A DNA stretch of 64,000 bases, from assembly GCF_009914755.1 (NCBI RefSeq), contig NC_060931.1; one strand, 5' to 3'. The translations under genes and the position numbers were made by a program. This document shows, piece after piece, positions 26,350 through 45,927 of this stretch. Each line of letters begins with the position of its first letter. Position 1 is the stretch's first letter. Below the pieces are notes generated by a model. That model saw nothing but the letters and a program-made list of their open reading frames with translations, was not told the origin of the DNA and searched no databases. Source of the stretch: the human T2T-CHM13v2.0 reference genome, Homo sapiens.

Positions 26350-28740
26350 ATACTTTAAAAAAAACTATAACGTAGATATGCATAGGTTTAAAAGGTAAGA
26401 TGGACTATTTCACAGAAAACTAGAAACTGTAAGAATCCAGAAGGAGAGTGTAGAATTGAAAAACACAAAAATTAAAATAAGATTAGACAAAGCTGAGAAG
26501 GGAAGTAGTCAACAAAGCATAAATCAGAAGAACATTTCCAGATCGAAGCACAGAGACAAAAAGATGAAAAAATAATGAAGGAGCGTATGACACACATAAG
26601 ATACCTAAATTTGAAGAAGAGAGGAGACAGTTCTGTAGGAGAAGCAACATTTGAAAAGATGGCAGCAAAGAATTGTTTGGGTGATGTTTCAAACTAAAGA
26701 CATCAGATCACAGATAACAAAGCCCTAACTAGGGTGAATCTTAAAAATATCACATCCAAGCACGTTACTGTGAATCTGCTGAAAATAAAAGGCAAAGAAT
26801 AAATCTATAAAGCAGCCAATTCTGGTAATAATAAAATCATATCACCTGCAAAGATACAACAAGATTGATAGTTAATTTTTCACAGAAAAACACAAATGAA
26901 GTCAATGGTAACAAAATGATATCTCTAAATGTGGAAAGAAAATGATTGCCAACCTAAAAGTAAAGATTGCCATCCAAATGAAAGGAAAATGAAGACGTTT
27001 TCAAAAATGAAAACAGAGTATTCCTGAGCATCAGTCCCACATTAAATGGCAGGTTTCAAGGTGAAGGAAAAAGGTAACAGAAGTTCAGAGATATGGGAAG
27101 GAATGAAGAGTAATGGGAAGGGAAAATAAATAGGCAAACACATAATCAAGAAAAGGTGAATGTCTAGAAAACTGAAAAAAGCACTAATCACAGTGACCAC
27201 AACATATAACCCACACATGTTGTAATCTCTGGAGAGCCTACTAAAAAATCATAGAAGTATAAAACTAGAAAACTAATGGAAAGCAAACTTGGAATAAAAA
27301 AAGTGTTTAATCTATCAAAAAGCAGACAAGAAAAAAGACAAGTGAAAAAAAATAAATCAGTTAGAAAACAAAAGGTAAAATTGTAAATTTAAAAACGAAA
27401 GCAGTAGTAATCTTAATAAAATTACATATTTTTAAGTACTTAAAAATACTTTTGAGGTGCCATTTAAGAAGCTAATAATCTATTTCTTAATAGGTTGTGG
27501 TTTCTCAATTTGTCTATTCATTTTGTTATGTTTTATAAAACTTTTTGTATAACTTAATGTTATCTTTAAAATATATTTATTAAAATTGTAGAAGAAATTG
27601 AATAATCCCTCTGCAGTTTACTGGAGAGTTGGATTTTTTTTTAAACCCAACTATTTATTGGTTAGAAGAGGCAATCTTATCTTGGGATAGTTGTGTTATC
27701 ACTGAAATTGAATACATAGCTCAGAAACATCACATATACAAGGAAATTTGGTTTATGATGAAAGTGGTACTGCAAGGAAGTATAGAGTCTTTAATTATTG
27801 GTGTTGCATCAGTTGGACATTGGCATGACAGGAAAACAGTTGACTCCCCCCTTCTCACATCATATACAAAAGTCAATTCTTAGCTGATTGTAGATCTGGA
27901 TATGAAAGGAAAAGCAAAATATCTTCTAGATGATAATATAGAAGACTATCTTAATCACTGTAGTACTTGGCAAACATATCCTACATTTAACTACATTAAA
28001 ATTAAGAATGTCCTCAGAGGACATCAATAAAGGCACTTATTGATACACCACTGAGTGAAACAAGATTGTTGAAGCACATAAAGCTCACAAAAGGCTCTAA
28101 TCAGAATATATAAAGAATGCCACATTTACAAAATTATAGACAATTTCATCTCTCAAAAATAGGTAAGTAACACGAGTAGGTATTTCAAAAATGATGTGAT
28201 ATATACAAATGGCCAATAAACTTTTTACCCAATTCTTGATGATGGGATTGGATTAAAAAAATGCTGCTACATACAAAATGACTAAAATTCAAAACATCTA
28301 CAACATTGAGTGTTGGCAAGGCAGTGGAGCAACTGGAATTCTCAGACATTGGTGATACAAGTGTAAACTGGTGCAGTCACTTTGGAAAACTGGCTATATC
28401 TGCTGAAGTTAACACATCCCACCCACAGCCCATCCTACCTTTTCACCCTGCAAATCTGCTTCTGGGTATATATGCACAGAAGATAAATGTATATGCACAA
28501 AATACTTGTACAGAATGTTTAAAGCAGCATTATTTGCTATAGTCCCAAACTAAAGACAGCCCAAATGGCTGTCAGCAGTAGCAAGGAAAAAGTACTTTTG
28601 GGGGCCTTCTAAGAAGCTAATAATATTCTATTACTTGATAGGTTGTGGTTGCTCAATGTGTCTATTCGTTTTGTTATGTTTTCTAAAACTTTTTGTATAA
28701 ATTAGTGTTATCTTTAAAATATATTTCTTTAAATTTTAGA
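26350..28740 (+). mobile_element. Old L1M (ORF1, ORF2 and 3' remnants) inserted in L2
   Basis: ORF1-like gaagaacatttccaga..., ORF2-like gtgttggcaaggcagtggagcaactggaattctca. Confidence 0.75.
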
Positions 28741-28790
28741 AGAAATTGCAATAATCCCTCTGCAGGTTACTGAAGAATTGGACTAATTTT
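27442..28790 (+). repeat. Direct repeat pair of about 200 bp (27442-27640 and 28587-28790)
   Basis: taagaagctaataat...ggttgtggtt...tttttgttatgtttt...atctttaaaatatattt...agaagaaattg...aataatccctctgcag present twice. Confidence 0.9.
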
Positions 28791-30195
28791 TTATCAGTGG
28801 AGATGGAAAGGAGAGACTGGGTTTTGAGACTATATTTTATACAAAAAAATAGAAGCTACAAGAGGCGTCCCTGGATTGCACGAGGGAGAGGGGAAATAAT
28901 GTAAATTTTGTTTCTTAGTTTTAATAGTATTAACCATAACATTGTCCACTTACTTTCAGACAAAAGAGAAAAATGTTATTCTGTGTCAGTAGTCATTTCT
29001 CCACTTCTAAATAGAGTTAAGGTTTTAGAGAACTCCTAAAGTATATATTTTTCATTTTAGTGCATTTTAACTTTGTTTTATAATAATATATTATTCTCCT
29101 TGGTATAGGTGAGATTGAAAAAGAGGCAGCAAGATATAATTAGAGAAGCCTCCCTTTCAGCAGTTCACACTAGAACTCAGAAAGAATGTCCCAGATATTA
29201 CACAGAAAATCAAGGGAAGTTTCAAATCAGTTTTCACATTCAAAACTACCAGGAAGTTTACATAAGCTTTAGGATGACCTTAAATTTCAATTTAAATAAT
29301 TCCAACTGTAAAAAAAAATAAAAATAAAAAGAGATTTAAAGTTGTTTACTTTACCTCTTAATGAAAGTGACTGTGATAAAAGAGACTAGGTAGAATTTTT
29401 GAAACCAGAAACTGAAACATTGATTTGTATGTCAAGGGAGATGAGAGGGCTGTTTCTCAACCACTTTAACATACCACTCTCAAATTTCCTGTGAGACCCT
29501 TAGCCGATCATGTCAAAATGGAATTGTTTTTCTTTCACTTTCACAAGGTACTTATGGGCTACTCAAAATACATTCTAACATCCTGTACAGCAGATTTCCA
29601 GTCCCATTGCAGTGGCAGTAATGATGGAAGGACCAGAAGGGGAGCCTGAGATCAGTGCATTTGGTGAACTGTATGTTGTGTTCCAGATTGGTGTCTCAGG
29701 AGAGGAACAATATCCAGGATTGATTCTTAGACTTACATAATATGCCCTGCAATATTTAGGAAAGGATGACACTCTGTATAGGATTGGAGAAGCAACTGGA
29801 AGACTGAGCATATGAGCTAGTAAGAGTATGTCTGCCATGGTTGGAGAAGGCAGGAACAACTCATTTTCACCAATATAAATATAGAATCTGGAAGGTGTGC
29901 TGAGAAAAATGTCCCATCCTATGCAGTTCTAGATTACTAAAATCTTCAGAAATGAAAGGAAAGAAACTATGTGATAGATATAGCACTTCTGGGTAAAAAA
30001 AAGAAATGTTTAATGTCATTTGAATTTTTATCCTAAGAAAGCAAATGAGACTCTCACAAAGAAGATGCTGCTGCTCCTTGTAATTTTTAAAAAATATATC
30101 ATTTGGTGGCATGTGTTTAAATATGTTTAATAAAGAAACCTTAATTCATTGAATAAATATTGACCTTTGCTCTTCAAAAGGTTTAAGAGAAGCAT

Positions 30196-30911
30196 TATAT
30201 TAGTCCATTCTCTCATTGCTATAAAGAAATGCCTGATACTGGGTAATTTATAAAGAAAAGATGTTTAATTGGCTCACAGTTCCACAGGCTGTACAGGAAA
30301 CATGGCTGGAGAGGCCTCAGGAAATTTTCAATCATAGCGGAAGGCAAAGAGAAAGCAGACATGTCTTACATGGCCAGAGCAGGCGAAAGAGAGAGAGGGG
30401 GATGTGTCACGCACATTTTTTTGTTGTTGTTGTTCTTTGCTTGTTTGTTTGGAGACAGTGTCTTGCTGTATCAATCAGTCTGGAGTGCAGTGGCGGATCT
30501 CACCTCACCACAACCTCCGCCTCCCAGGTTCAACAGATTCTCCTGCTTCAGGCTCCCCAATAGCTGGGATTACAGGCACCCGCCACCACGCCTGGCTAAT
30601 TTTTGTGTTTTTAGTAAAGATGGGGTTTTGCCATGTTGCTCAAGCTGGTCTCGAACTCTTGGCCTCAGGCGATCCACCTGCCTTGGCCTCCCAAAATACT
30701 GAGATTCCAGGCATGAGCCACTGTACCCGGCTATGTGCCACACACTTTTAAACAACCAGATCTCCCAAGCATTCACTCACCATCATGAGAGAAGCACCCT
30801 GAGGGAAATCGGCCCCCATGAGCCAATCATCTCCCACAGGCCCCAACTCCAACATTGGGAATAACAATTCAACATGAGACTTTTAGGGGAACACAGACTT
30901 AAACAATATCA
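30196..30911 (-). mobile_element. MSTA/MSTB-type solo LTR interrupted by an Alu
   Basis: Both termini present; perfect TSD agcat. Confidence 0.88.
30416..30732 (-). mobile_element. Alu (S/J) inside the MST LTR
   Basis: (TTG)n tail, full dimer, TSD atgtg(t/c)cac(g/a)cac. Confidence 0.92.
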
Positions 30912-31689
30912 AGCATAAAACACTTTCTCCTTAATCTTAAGGTTTTAAGTATGATGACAAACGTAAATCAAGATAATATTTAGGGTGAAGGTTTTGATGC
31001 TGATGTTAATTTTTGTATTTTTTAAATTTATGTGAATGGCATGGTTATATATTTCTACTGTTGGCAAAATTAAGTTATTTTCTCTGTGAATATTTGAAAA
31101 CCACTGATACTCTCGTTTTAAATGATAGTATGGTGTAAAACAGGAATGATTACTCAATTTTGATTTGAAATATGTCTATGCCCTACAGATTTTGGATGTC
31201 ATAAAGGAGAAATAAGAATGAGTACACTGGAGTCAGAGTAGTTGCTCTATTTAGGTGGCAAAGATAGTGAATGTTCCTAAAGGACTTGGATGCAAGGATG
31301 TAAAGTACACTCACCAGCAGATTGTTTCTTAGTTATTCTTAGAAGAAACATATGTGCTATCAAGGCCTGCCAGAAAATAATTTACATAGTTCTCTACAGC
31401 AGTAGGAAGCACTGATTTTCAATTGCAAACCAATACAATAAAAGAGAAAAATTAGATTAAGAATGAACATAAACATTTAAAAATATGTTCTCTTAAGAAA
31501 ATATATTGGTTAATATTTTTCATTTGTGGTTGATATTTTAAAATGTTTTAAATTTTAAAATAAATGAACAATCTTCAATCATTTTTGAAATTGTGTGTTA
31601 GCTAAAGATATTATAAAGATAAAACATACCTTAATTTTGAGCTTAAAATTTTACTGTAAAATACATGCAATTTTAGGGCACTAAACACT

Positions 31690-31870
31690 TTCCTTTTAAT
31701 TACTTATTTATAATTGAAAAATAAACATTGTATATATTTATGTACAACATGCTGTTTTAAAATATATATATACTGTGGATACAGCTAAATAGAGCGAATT
31801 AACCTCATATGTCTTTTTTTGTGGTGAAAACACTTCAAATCTATTATTTTAGCAATTTTCAATACAGAAT
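31690..31870 (-). mobile_element. L1MA-type 3' end fragment
   Basis: Resembles 6320-6480. Confidence 0.7.
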
Positions 31871-32418
31871 TATGTATTTTAAATATAGAAATTGCAACTG
31901 GAGAAAGGGAAATATTTTAATATTAATTTTTAGTTTAAATTAATATTAAAATATGGTTAAAAACTCTTCAATTTCCATATAATTGTATGTGAAATTCAGT
32001 TTTATAATAACCTCATTACAAGTCTAGGCAGTGTAGTGACTAGGATTCAATTTCCAAACCAAATTTCGTTAATACCAATAATGAGTGCCTGCTATGTAAG
32101 AAATCACAGTACAAAGTAATTTACTATGTTTAAAAAAATCAACCCTCAAAACAACGCTGAGAAACCAATATAATGTCCAGTTTCAACAATGATGAATCTG
32201 ACGTTCTGTGTAACTAAATTACTTCACAATGTTATTGCTATTAAACTTCAAAACAAGAATTAAAACTGCATTTTCTGATTCCAAATAAATGTACGATAAT
32301 TTTCAATGGTAATGAAAATCTATTTTGATGAAACTATAGATGAAGATATATTAGTAAACGATTTTGTAAACTTTAAATTCTCCATCTTCAATACCTCTTT
32401 TGGATGCAACTGGCATTA

Positions 32419-33811
<1,393 letters not shown>

Positions 33812-34005
33812 AAAATAAATGAATGAATTTAACAGTGACATGAGCCTTATAAGCCAAATTGGTATAAGCATTCCAAAATAGTAAATGCAATTTCTCTTTC
33901 TTAAGATCCTTTCCATATTATATCGTTTTACTGAACAAAATATTGAAAATTATTTAGAATATGTGATTTCTCTACACTAGAGAAAATATTAAAATTCTTA
34001 AAATA

Positions 34006-34296
34006 GGCCAGGCACAGTGGCTCACGCCTGTAATCCAACACTTTGGGAGCCAAGGCATGTGGATCTCTTGAGCTCAGGAGTTTGAGACCAGCCTGGGCAG
34101 ACAGGTGAAATGCAGTCTCTAGAAAAAACACGAAAATTAGCCAGGCATCATAGTGTACACCTGTGGTCCCAACTACTCGGGAGGGTGAGGTGGAAGAATC
34201 ACTTGAACCCAGGAGGTTGAGGTTTCAGTGAGCCATGAGTGTGCCACTGCATTCCAGTCTGGGTGGCAGAGAAAGACCCTGTCTAAAAAAAAATTA
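34006..34296 (+). mobile_element. AluJ-like
   Basis: Full dimer; TSD aaaattcttaaaata (33991-34005, 34297-34311). Confidence 0.92.
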
Positions 34297-34442
34297 AAAA
34301 TTCTTAAAATATTTCTTTGTTCTTTACAAAGTTTTATATAATCTAAATGTATTCCTGAATGAATATTCAATTTAATTCATTTCAACACACATTTATTGAG
34401 TCAACCATATGCCAAGGACTCTACCAGACACTTCAGGGAGTA

Positions 34443-34789
34443 CAGTAGACTCCCTTATTCATGGAAGATATGTTCCAAGATGCCCAGTGGATGCCTGAAA
34501 CTGCATAGTACCAAATCCTACATATACTATATATACATATCTATGATAAATTAATCTTTATCATATATGTATATATAGTAAAAAACAGTTGTTTATTTAA
34601 AACAACAATAATAACAATAATAAAATGGAACAATTATAACAATACACTGTAATAAAAACTTACATGAATCTGGTTTTCTCTGTCTTTCAAAATGCCTTAT
34701 TGTACTCTACTCACCAATTTTTGGACCATGGTTGACAGTGGGTGACTGAAATTGTGGGTAGCAAAACCGTGAATAAGGGGGGACTACTA
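34443..34789. mobile_element. MER2 (TcMar-Tigger) inserted in an L2 end
   Basis: TIRs cagtagactcccttattc / gaataaggggggactacta, flanked by TA. Confidence 0.85.
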
Positions 34790-34899
34790 TACAAAGATAA
34801 GTAAAACCATTCCTATACTGAAGATGTCTTGTTATGTCATATACAGAGTTAGACACCATGAGGTGTAGCAAAGAGCAGCTGCTATGGAATTGAGATCTT

Positions 34900-37800
34900 A
34901 TCAAAAATACCAGAAGTCATGCAATGCTGAGGAATCTTGAGTAGAGTTGAGAGATACTGCTGAGCTTTGTGTCTCCAAGTAAAGTCCTAGAAGGCCATTG
35001 TTTAGACTAAGGACCACAAATTAGGACCTAGGACAAATGGAAAATAGACCACCCTAATAAACATAAAACAAAGCTTGACAGAATAAAGAAATATACTAGC
35101 AAATTAACTGTAAGTCAAAATAAAATCCAAAACACTTCAAAAGAATAATAAATAATACAGATTCTCTAGAAAATAAAATTGTGTCCAGCATAAAATCCAA
35201 AATTACCAAACACAAAAGAAACAGAAAATGGTGTTTTGAATTAATACACAAGGGCTTTAAAACTGCTATTATAAATATGTTTAATGACATAATGGAGAAA
35301 ATAGACATACTCAATGAACAGATATGGAAGCTAAGCCAAGAAATAAAAAAGAAAAAAGAATCAAAAGGGAAATTATAGAAGTAAAAAGTGTAAGTGCTGA
35401 AAATTAAAACAGGATGGGATTTGTAGTAATAGGGCACTACAGCAGTAAGACTCAGTGAACTTGAAACCAAATTAATATAAATTATTCAAACTGAAGAAAT
35501 AGAGATAAAATGACTAAAATAAATATATAGAGCCTCATTGAGATGTGTTTCTCAAATTTGGAGAATTTGCAAATTCCATTACTATTATTATTATCACCAT
35601 CATTATTAGAAGTGAGGTCTCACTCTGTCACCCAGGGTGAAGTACAGTAGAACAATCACAACTCACTGTGGCCTTCAATTCCTGGGCTCAAGAGATCCTC
35701 CTGCCTTAGCCTACCAAGAAGCTGGGACTATAGAATTCACCACACCACCTGACTACTTTTTTTTCTTCAGTAGAAACAGCATCTTGCCGTCTTGCCTAGG
35801 CAAGCCCCAAACTCTTGGGCTCAAGTGATCTTCTGGCCTTGGCTTCCCCAAGTGCTAGGATTACAGGCATGAGCCACCTTGCTCAGCCCAAGCATTATGT
35901 TTTTCAACTATGTTTCTGCCCTATTCTCTCTGTCTTATATTTCTAAGAATTAAATTTTCCTTTGTTCATGGAAATTTATTTAGAAGACATGACTGTTTAA
36001 AGCAAAAAAAATTCTGTATTCCCAAATTTTTAGGTTGTAACACATGTAGTATTATGTATAACAACAGAAAAGGGGAGGGGTTGAAGTATAATGGTGCAAA
36101 TTCCTATACATAGCTGAAGTAAGTCAGCAGTAACTTAAAAAAAATTGTGGCAAATTAAAAATGCATAATGTATTCGTTAAAGCTTTACATTAAAAATAAA
36201 TATAACTAAAATGTCAATAGGAAAATTAAAAAAGCATACTAAAACTATTTTGTTAACACCAACAAAGGTGATAACAAACTAATACAGGAACAAAAAGTGA
36301 GATGTAGTGAACAAAAAACAAATAGCAAGAGGTAGACCTAAGCACAACATTTTCAATAATTATGTTACATGTAAATAGACAAAATTGACTAATTAATAGA
36401 GATGGTCAAACAAGATTTAACAAATAAGATCCCATAATATGCTGTTTACAATAGATAAAATTTAAGTTCAAATGCATAAATTAGTTGAAAAATAAAAAGA
36501 TAAACCACGAACACAGTAAGCATTAGAGAGTTGGAGTGACTATATTAATATCAGAAAAACTGTGCTTTAAGATAAAAACAATTCTAGAGACAAAACAAGA
36601 CTTTTTCTCATAATAATAGATGAATTAATGCATATACATTTAGCAGTCAAACATTGATATATTCCTGGAAACCTGAAAGATTGCATGCATGCAGAATGTA
36701 GGCCCAGGTCCTTTCTTGGTCATTCTTTCCCAGAATGATCCAGTCACTCAACTCTGGCTGAATGTGAGGTCATACAAAAGCAGGAAGTGAAAGCTTAGCT
36801 TGTCCTGTAAACTACTGAAGTATGAGGCATGAATTCTCACACAGATTCTCTTGGCAAAGAGTGGAAGACATATAGGAAAAGCTTTTAAACAAGTATTCCA
36901 ATCAATAATTTGATGACCACTAAAGTATACTAGCTCAGAGGTGAACGCTAAGAAGCAAAGCTTAAAAAGAAAAAGGAAAAGAAAGCTAGCAGTGATCTTG
37001 GTGGCCCAAACATTGCAGGAAAGATAAAATCTACAAAATAACTTCAGACAGGATGCTAAAGAAGTAGGTAGTAACAAGAAAAAAAAACAAACAAAAAAAG
37101 GAAAAACCAGCAACATCAAAAAACTGTAAGTGGAGAGAGATATCTAATACCAGAAATGATACAATATATCATTTCAAAAGAGAAAGTATTAGAAAACAGT
37201 GAATGATAAAACAACTTATTACATATAAGTAGTCCTGGTTAGATTAATAAATGAGTTCTCATCAGAAACCATGGAGGTCAAAGAACAGTTGGCTGATGGG
37301 GAGACATCTTCAAAAATTTCAAAAGAATATGACAGTTAAGCTCTCCTTCAACATTAGGATAGCTTAACGAAGCTCTCCTTCAACATTAGGAAGAAATTAG
37401 GACATTCCAGATAAACAAAAACTGAAAGAATGTATCAGTAAAAGAGCTTCCCTACAAAAAATACTAAAGGGAATCTTTCAGGCTGAAAAATAATAATAGT
37501 GAAAATAAGTGAACACTAGATAATTACTGACACCCATAGTAAGAAATAAAGAGTACCTAAAAAGGTAAATATATAGGCAAATACAAAAGAGAATATAAAT
37601 ATATTTTTATTTGTAGTTCTTTTTTCTACCATCTACTTTTAAAGACATCAGTATAAAATAATAATTATAAAATTATATTGATCAGCTTATTATATGTAAT
37701 GATGTAAATTATAGAAAATAATAGTACAAAGGAAAGGTGAGGAAAGGAGGTTTATTAGAAGATTGTAGTATTGAAATTAAGCTAGTATCAGTCCAAAATA

Positions 37801-38937
37801 GATTGTTTTAAGTTAATATGATAGCTGCCAGGACATACATAGGGATAATATTTCAAAAATATATACAGTAAAATAAACAACAAAGTACACTATAGATTAT
37901 CGACTTAATGCAAAGAAGGAAGTTACTACACAAAAGAGTGTAGAAATTATAAAGGCATAAGGGCTATGAAAAACAAACAGGAAAATGGCAAACGTAAATC
38001 CTACCCCCTCAGTAATTACATTACATGTAAATGCATTAAAAACTCTAATCAAATGACAGACTAATATTAACATTTCACATATTTCAACTATTGTGTCTAT
38101 AAGAAAACACTTTAGCTTTAAAGATATAACTTGTTTGAAGACTAACAGAAAAAAAAGACATACTATGTAAGCAGTACCATAAATAATCTAGAGTGGATAC
38201 ATTAATATCAGATAAAATATACTTTAAGACAGAAAATGTTCCTAGAAACTAAGAAAGACATTTTATAGTAAAAAGAGTATAAATCAAATTAGAATATATA
38301 AAAATTATAAACATATGTGCACCTAAAAACAGAACCGCAAAATACGAGAAGAAAAACCTAAGAAAATTGTACAGAAAAATAGACAATTCAACAGTAATAT
38401 TTGAAGAGATAAATAACCCACTTCCAAAAATAGATAGAATGACTAGTAAAAAATCAACAACAAAATGAAATATTTAACCCAACTCTAAATCAACTAAACT
38501 TTACAGATATCTATGTAATGCCCAACAACAGAAGAATAAACATTTCTCTCAAGATCATATGGAACATTCTCCAAAATAAATTATTTACTAGGCTATAAAA
38601 CAAGACTCAATGAATTTAAAAGACTGAAATTATGCAATGGATGCCCTCTAACAGCAATGGAATTAAATTAGGAATCATCAACATAAATAAATTTGAGAAA
38701 TTCACAAATATGTGGAAACTAAAATAACACATTCCCAAATAACCAATGAGCCAAAGAAGAAATCAAAAGGAAATTAGAAAATACTTTCAGATGAAAGAAA
38801 CTAAAATACAATGTATCAGAACTTATGGGATGCCACTTAAGCAGTGCTTAAAAGTAAATTTATCAAGGTAAATATCTATTTTTTTTTAAAAAAGATTGTA
38901 AATCAATAAACTAAACTTCTACCTTAAGAAACTAGAA
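34900..38937 (+). mobile_element. Old L1M pieces (5' UTR, ORF1, ORF2 N-terminus), at least two elements
   Basis: ORF1-like and endonuclease-like motifs, e.g. aacatatgtgcacctaaaaacagaacc, ggaacattctccaaaata. Confidence 0.75.
35584..35888 (-). mobile_element. AluJ-like
   Basis: (TAT)n tail; ctcactctgtcacccagg...ggattacaggcatgagccac. Confidence 0.85.
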
Positions 38938-40700
<1,763 letters not shown>

Positions 40701-41476
40701 AAAAAACTAGAAAAAGTAGAGGAAACCAAACCTAAAGAAAATGGAAGGAAAGAAATAATAAATACTAGAGCAGAAATAAAGGAAGTAGAGAATATTTTTT
40801 AAAATAGAGAAAAAATCAATAAAACCAGTTGCTTCTTAACACAATCGACAAAATCGACAAAAAGTTTACCTAGACTGAAAAATTTTAAAAGAGAAAACTT
40901 AAATTACCAAAATTAAGAATAAAAGAAAAACATCACTACTGACATTAAGAAATGAAAAAGATTAAGAATACTATAAACAACCTGACAAATTAGAAAAAAA
41001 TAACATGGACACACTCCTGGAAAGGCAATAACTACCATAACTTACTCAAGAAGTAATAGGAAATCTCAATAAACCTGTCAAGAGATTAAATAATAATTAG
41101 ACTTTCCACAAAGGAAAGTCCAGGCTCAGATGGCTTCACCAGTGAGTTTTGCCAAAAGTTTAAAGGATTAATGTCAATCCATCACAAACTCTTCCAAATA
41201 AATAGAAGGGAACATGTGTCAATTCAATCTACTTTGATATCAAAAATGAACAAAAACAAAACATGAAAAAAGCGACAGATCATTATCTCTTATGAATGTA
41301 TACACAAATAACCTTAAGCAAAAGAGTAGCAAACAAAATTCATTGATAAGTAAAGAGAATTAAACATCATGACTAAACGGGATTTATCCCAGGAATGCAA
41401 GGTTGTTTAAACATCTGGTAATCTTTTACACCATCTTAATAGAATAAAGGACAAAATAGCATATGGTTATCTCAAT
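40701..41476 (+). mobile_element. Old L1M ORF2 continuation (resumes 44011-44230; 3' end piece to about 44515)
   Basis: caggctcagatggcttcaccagtgag; gggatttatcccaggaatgcaaggttg. Confidence 0.8.
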
Positions 41477-44010
<2,534 letters not shown>

Positions 44011-45927
44011 TCAGTACATGCAAAAAAAAATTGGACAAAATCGAAAACATTTTTATGATATAAAACAAAAACTTTAAGAAACTAAGAAACTTCTTCAACC
44101 TCCTAAATGGCATCTACAGAAAACCCATAGCCAGCATCAAACTTAATGAAGAAAGACTGAATACTTTCCCCTAAGATCTGGAACAAGACAAGCATATATA
44201 CTTTCTTCACTTTTATTCAGCATTATACTGATACATGTGATAACATACATGAATCTCCAATTATTCCACTTATATGGAAATTTTATAATTGACCAATCTT
44301 TATAGAAAGTAGGCTAGTAATTGCTTAGAGTTAGGGAGTGAGAATAATGAGGAATGCTGGGTAGTGGGTATAGGGTTTCTTGTTAGAATAATTAAAATGT
44401 TCTAAAATTAGATAATATTGGCAATTTTACAAATCCGTTAATTTTCTAAAAAACCATTGTATACTTTAAAGGGGTAAGTTTTATTATATGTAACTGTATT
44501 TGAATAAAGCTATTTTCTCAAAATCTCAAGGTAATGAGTCTGCCACATTAGTGAAGATTTAAGACTCCAGTGAACTATAATATACCAAGACATCTCCTCC
44601 AACATAAAGGAGAATTTATTGCATATTGTATCCAAAATAGAGCACAAGTAATTGCACTTTACAACTTTTGCCTCTAAGAAAGTAGCATAGGTCTTAATAG
44701 TCCCTTACACTTTTAGAGATATCATATACCACATTTTGAAACACCATTCAGACCTATTTATTCGATGACTTGTGAGAATGCCCATTTCAAGTAGGATCTA
44801 GAGCAAGAGAGGGCTTTGTAGCAACTTCACGCTGCTAGTGGGACCATATAACTTGGCAGATCCCGTGTTGCTAGAGATATTCATGGCAAGACATGTGGTG
44901 TCTCTCACAGACTCCAATAAGATAGACACAACACAGACTACTAGAGTTCAGAAGTAAGACCCTGCTTTCTGCAGTAAATAACTATTTACCTTTTGACAAG
45001 CTGCTCCTGCCATACTGCTATGACTCACGGACCTAACAAAAGACCTGATAATGGTACATCAAGTAAGATGACTATTCAGTTTAGGGTCTCCCTTATGAGC
45101 TATGTAAACCCACCAAGTCATACTGTCAATCAGGAGCATTCAGCAGAAGGAAAACATTCATGGTTGTTGCTAAGCACATACAAAACCCACAAGTTATGTG
45201 AATAGTAGGCCCTATCTCCTGCATTCTCTCTATGTTGCACTAATACTTCTCCCTCTGCTCACACCTATGGTCTTGTGATTCATAGTCAACATCCAGTTGA
45301 CTAAGGAGGACAAATGCAGGCCTCTTTCCTGGATGGGTGACTCAAGATATTGGTACAAACCAAAAATGGACTAATTCCACACTATAGACTCAATCAAGGA
45401 TGGCCCTTAAATACAATAGTGAGAAAAATTCCTCTCAATAGGCATAGCTTCAAGCCATATACTTGGACATCTTCTTTGTGTGAAGGAAGAAGTAGATTAA
45501 GGTAAGGTTAATTACTTGGATGGTTTGTCAAGGGCCTGGATGGAGAAAGATTGAAAGAATTCAAAAGCTTATAGATGGACCTATGGGAGTGAGTACAAAG
45601 TGTATGAAATTTAGGAACTCAGAGAAGACATTGAAGAACCAGTGAGATGGGATGATTCATGACTATTTAAGCATAGATTAGCTAGCCTCTGTCCTCTGCC
45701 ACCACAGTGCTTACACATGGTGCTGAGGATGAAGAATGCTATGCAAGGCCCTACAGTGTGGGGCCTTACATACATATATATAACTAAGTTATATGTAACT
45801 AAGGCTTATGTATGGGCTTATTTTCACTACAGCTGACCTACCTATTTTGATTAATGAATGTTCAACTTCTCTTCGTTAGTGACCAATGCTGAACTGTCAA
45901 AATAATGCTCATCACTCAAAATGAGAA

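Noticed and set aside
29548-29870. Possible plus-strand exon after ttcactttcacaag and 94-aa minus-strand ORF 29575-29859
   Set aside because: All plus frames close, the donor is weak, and the ORF has no recognisable homology.
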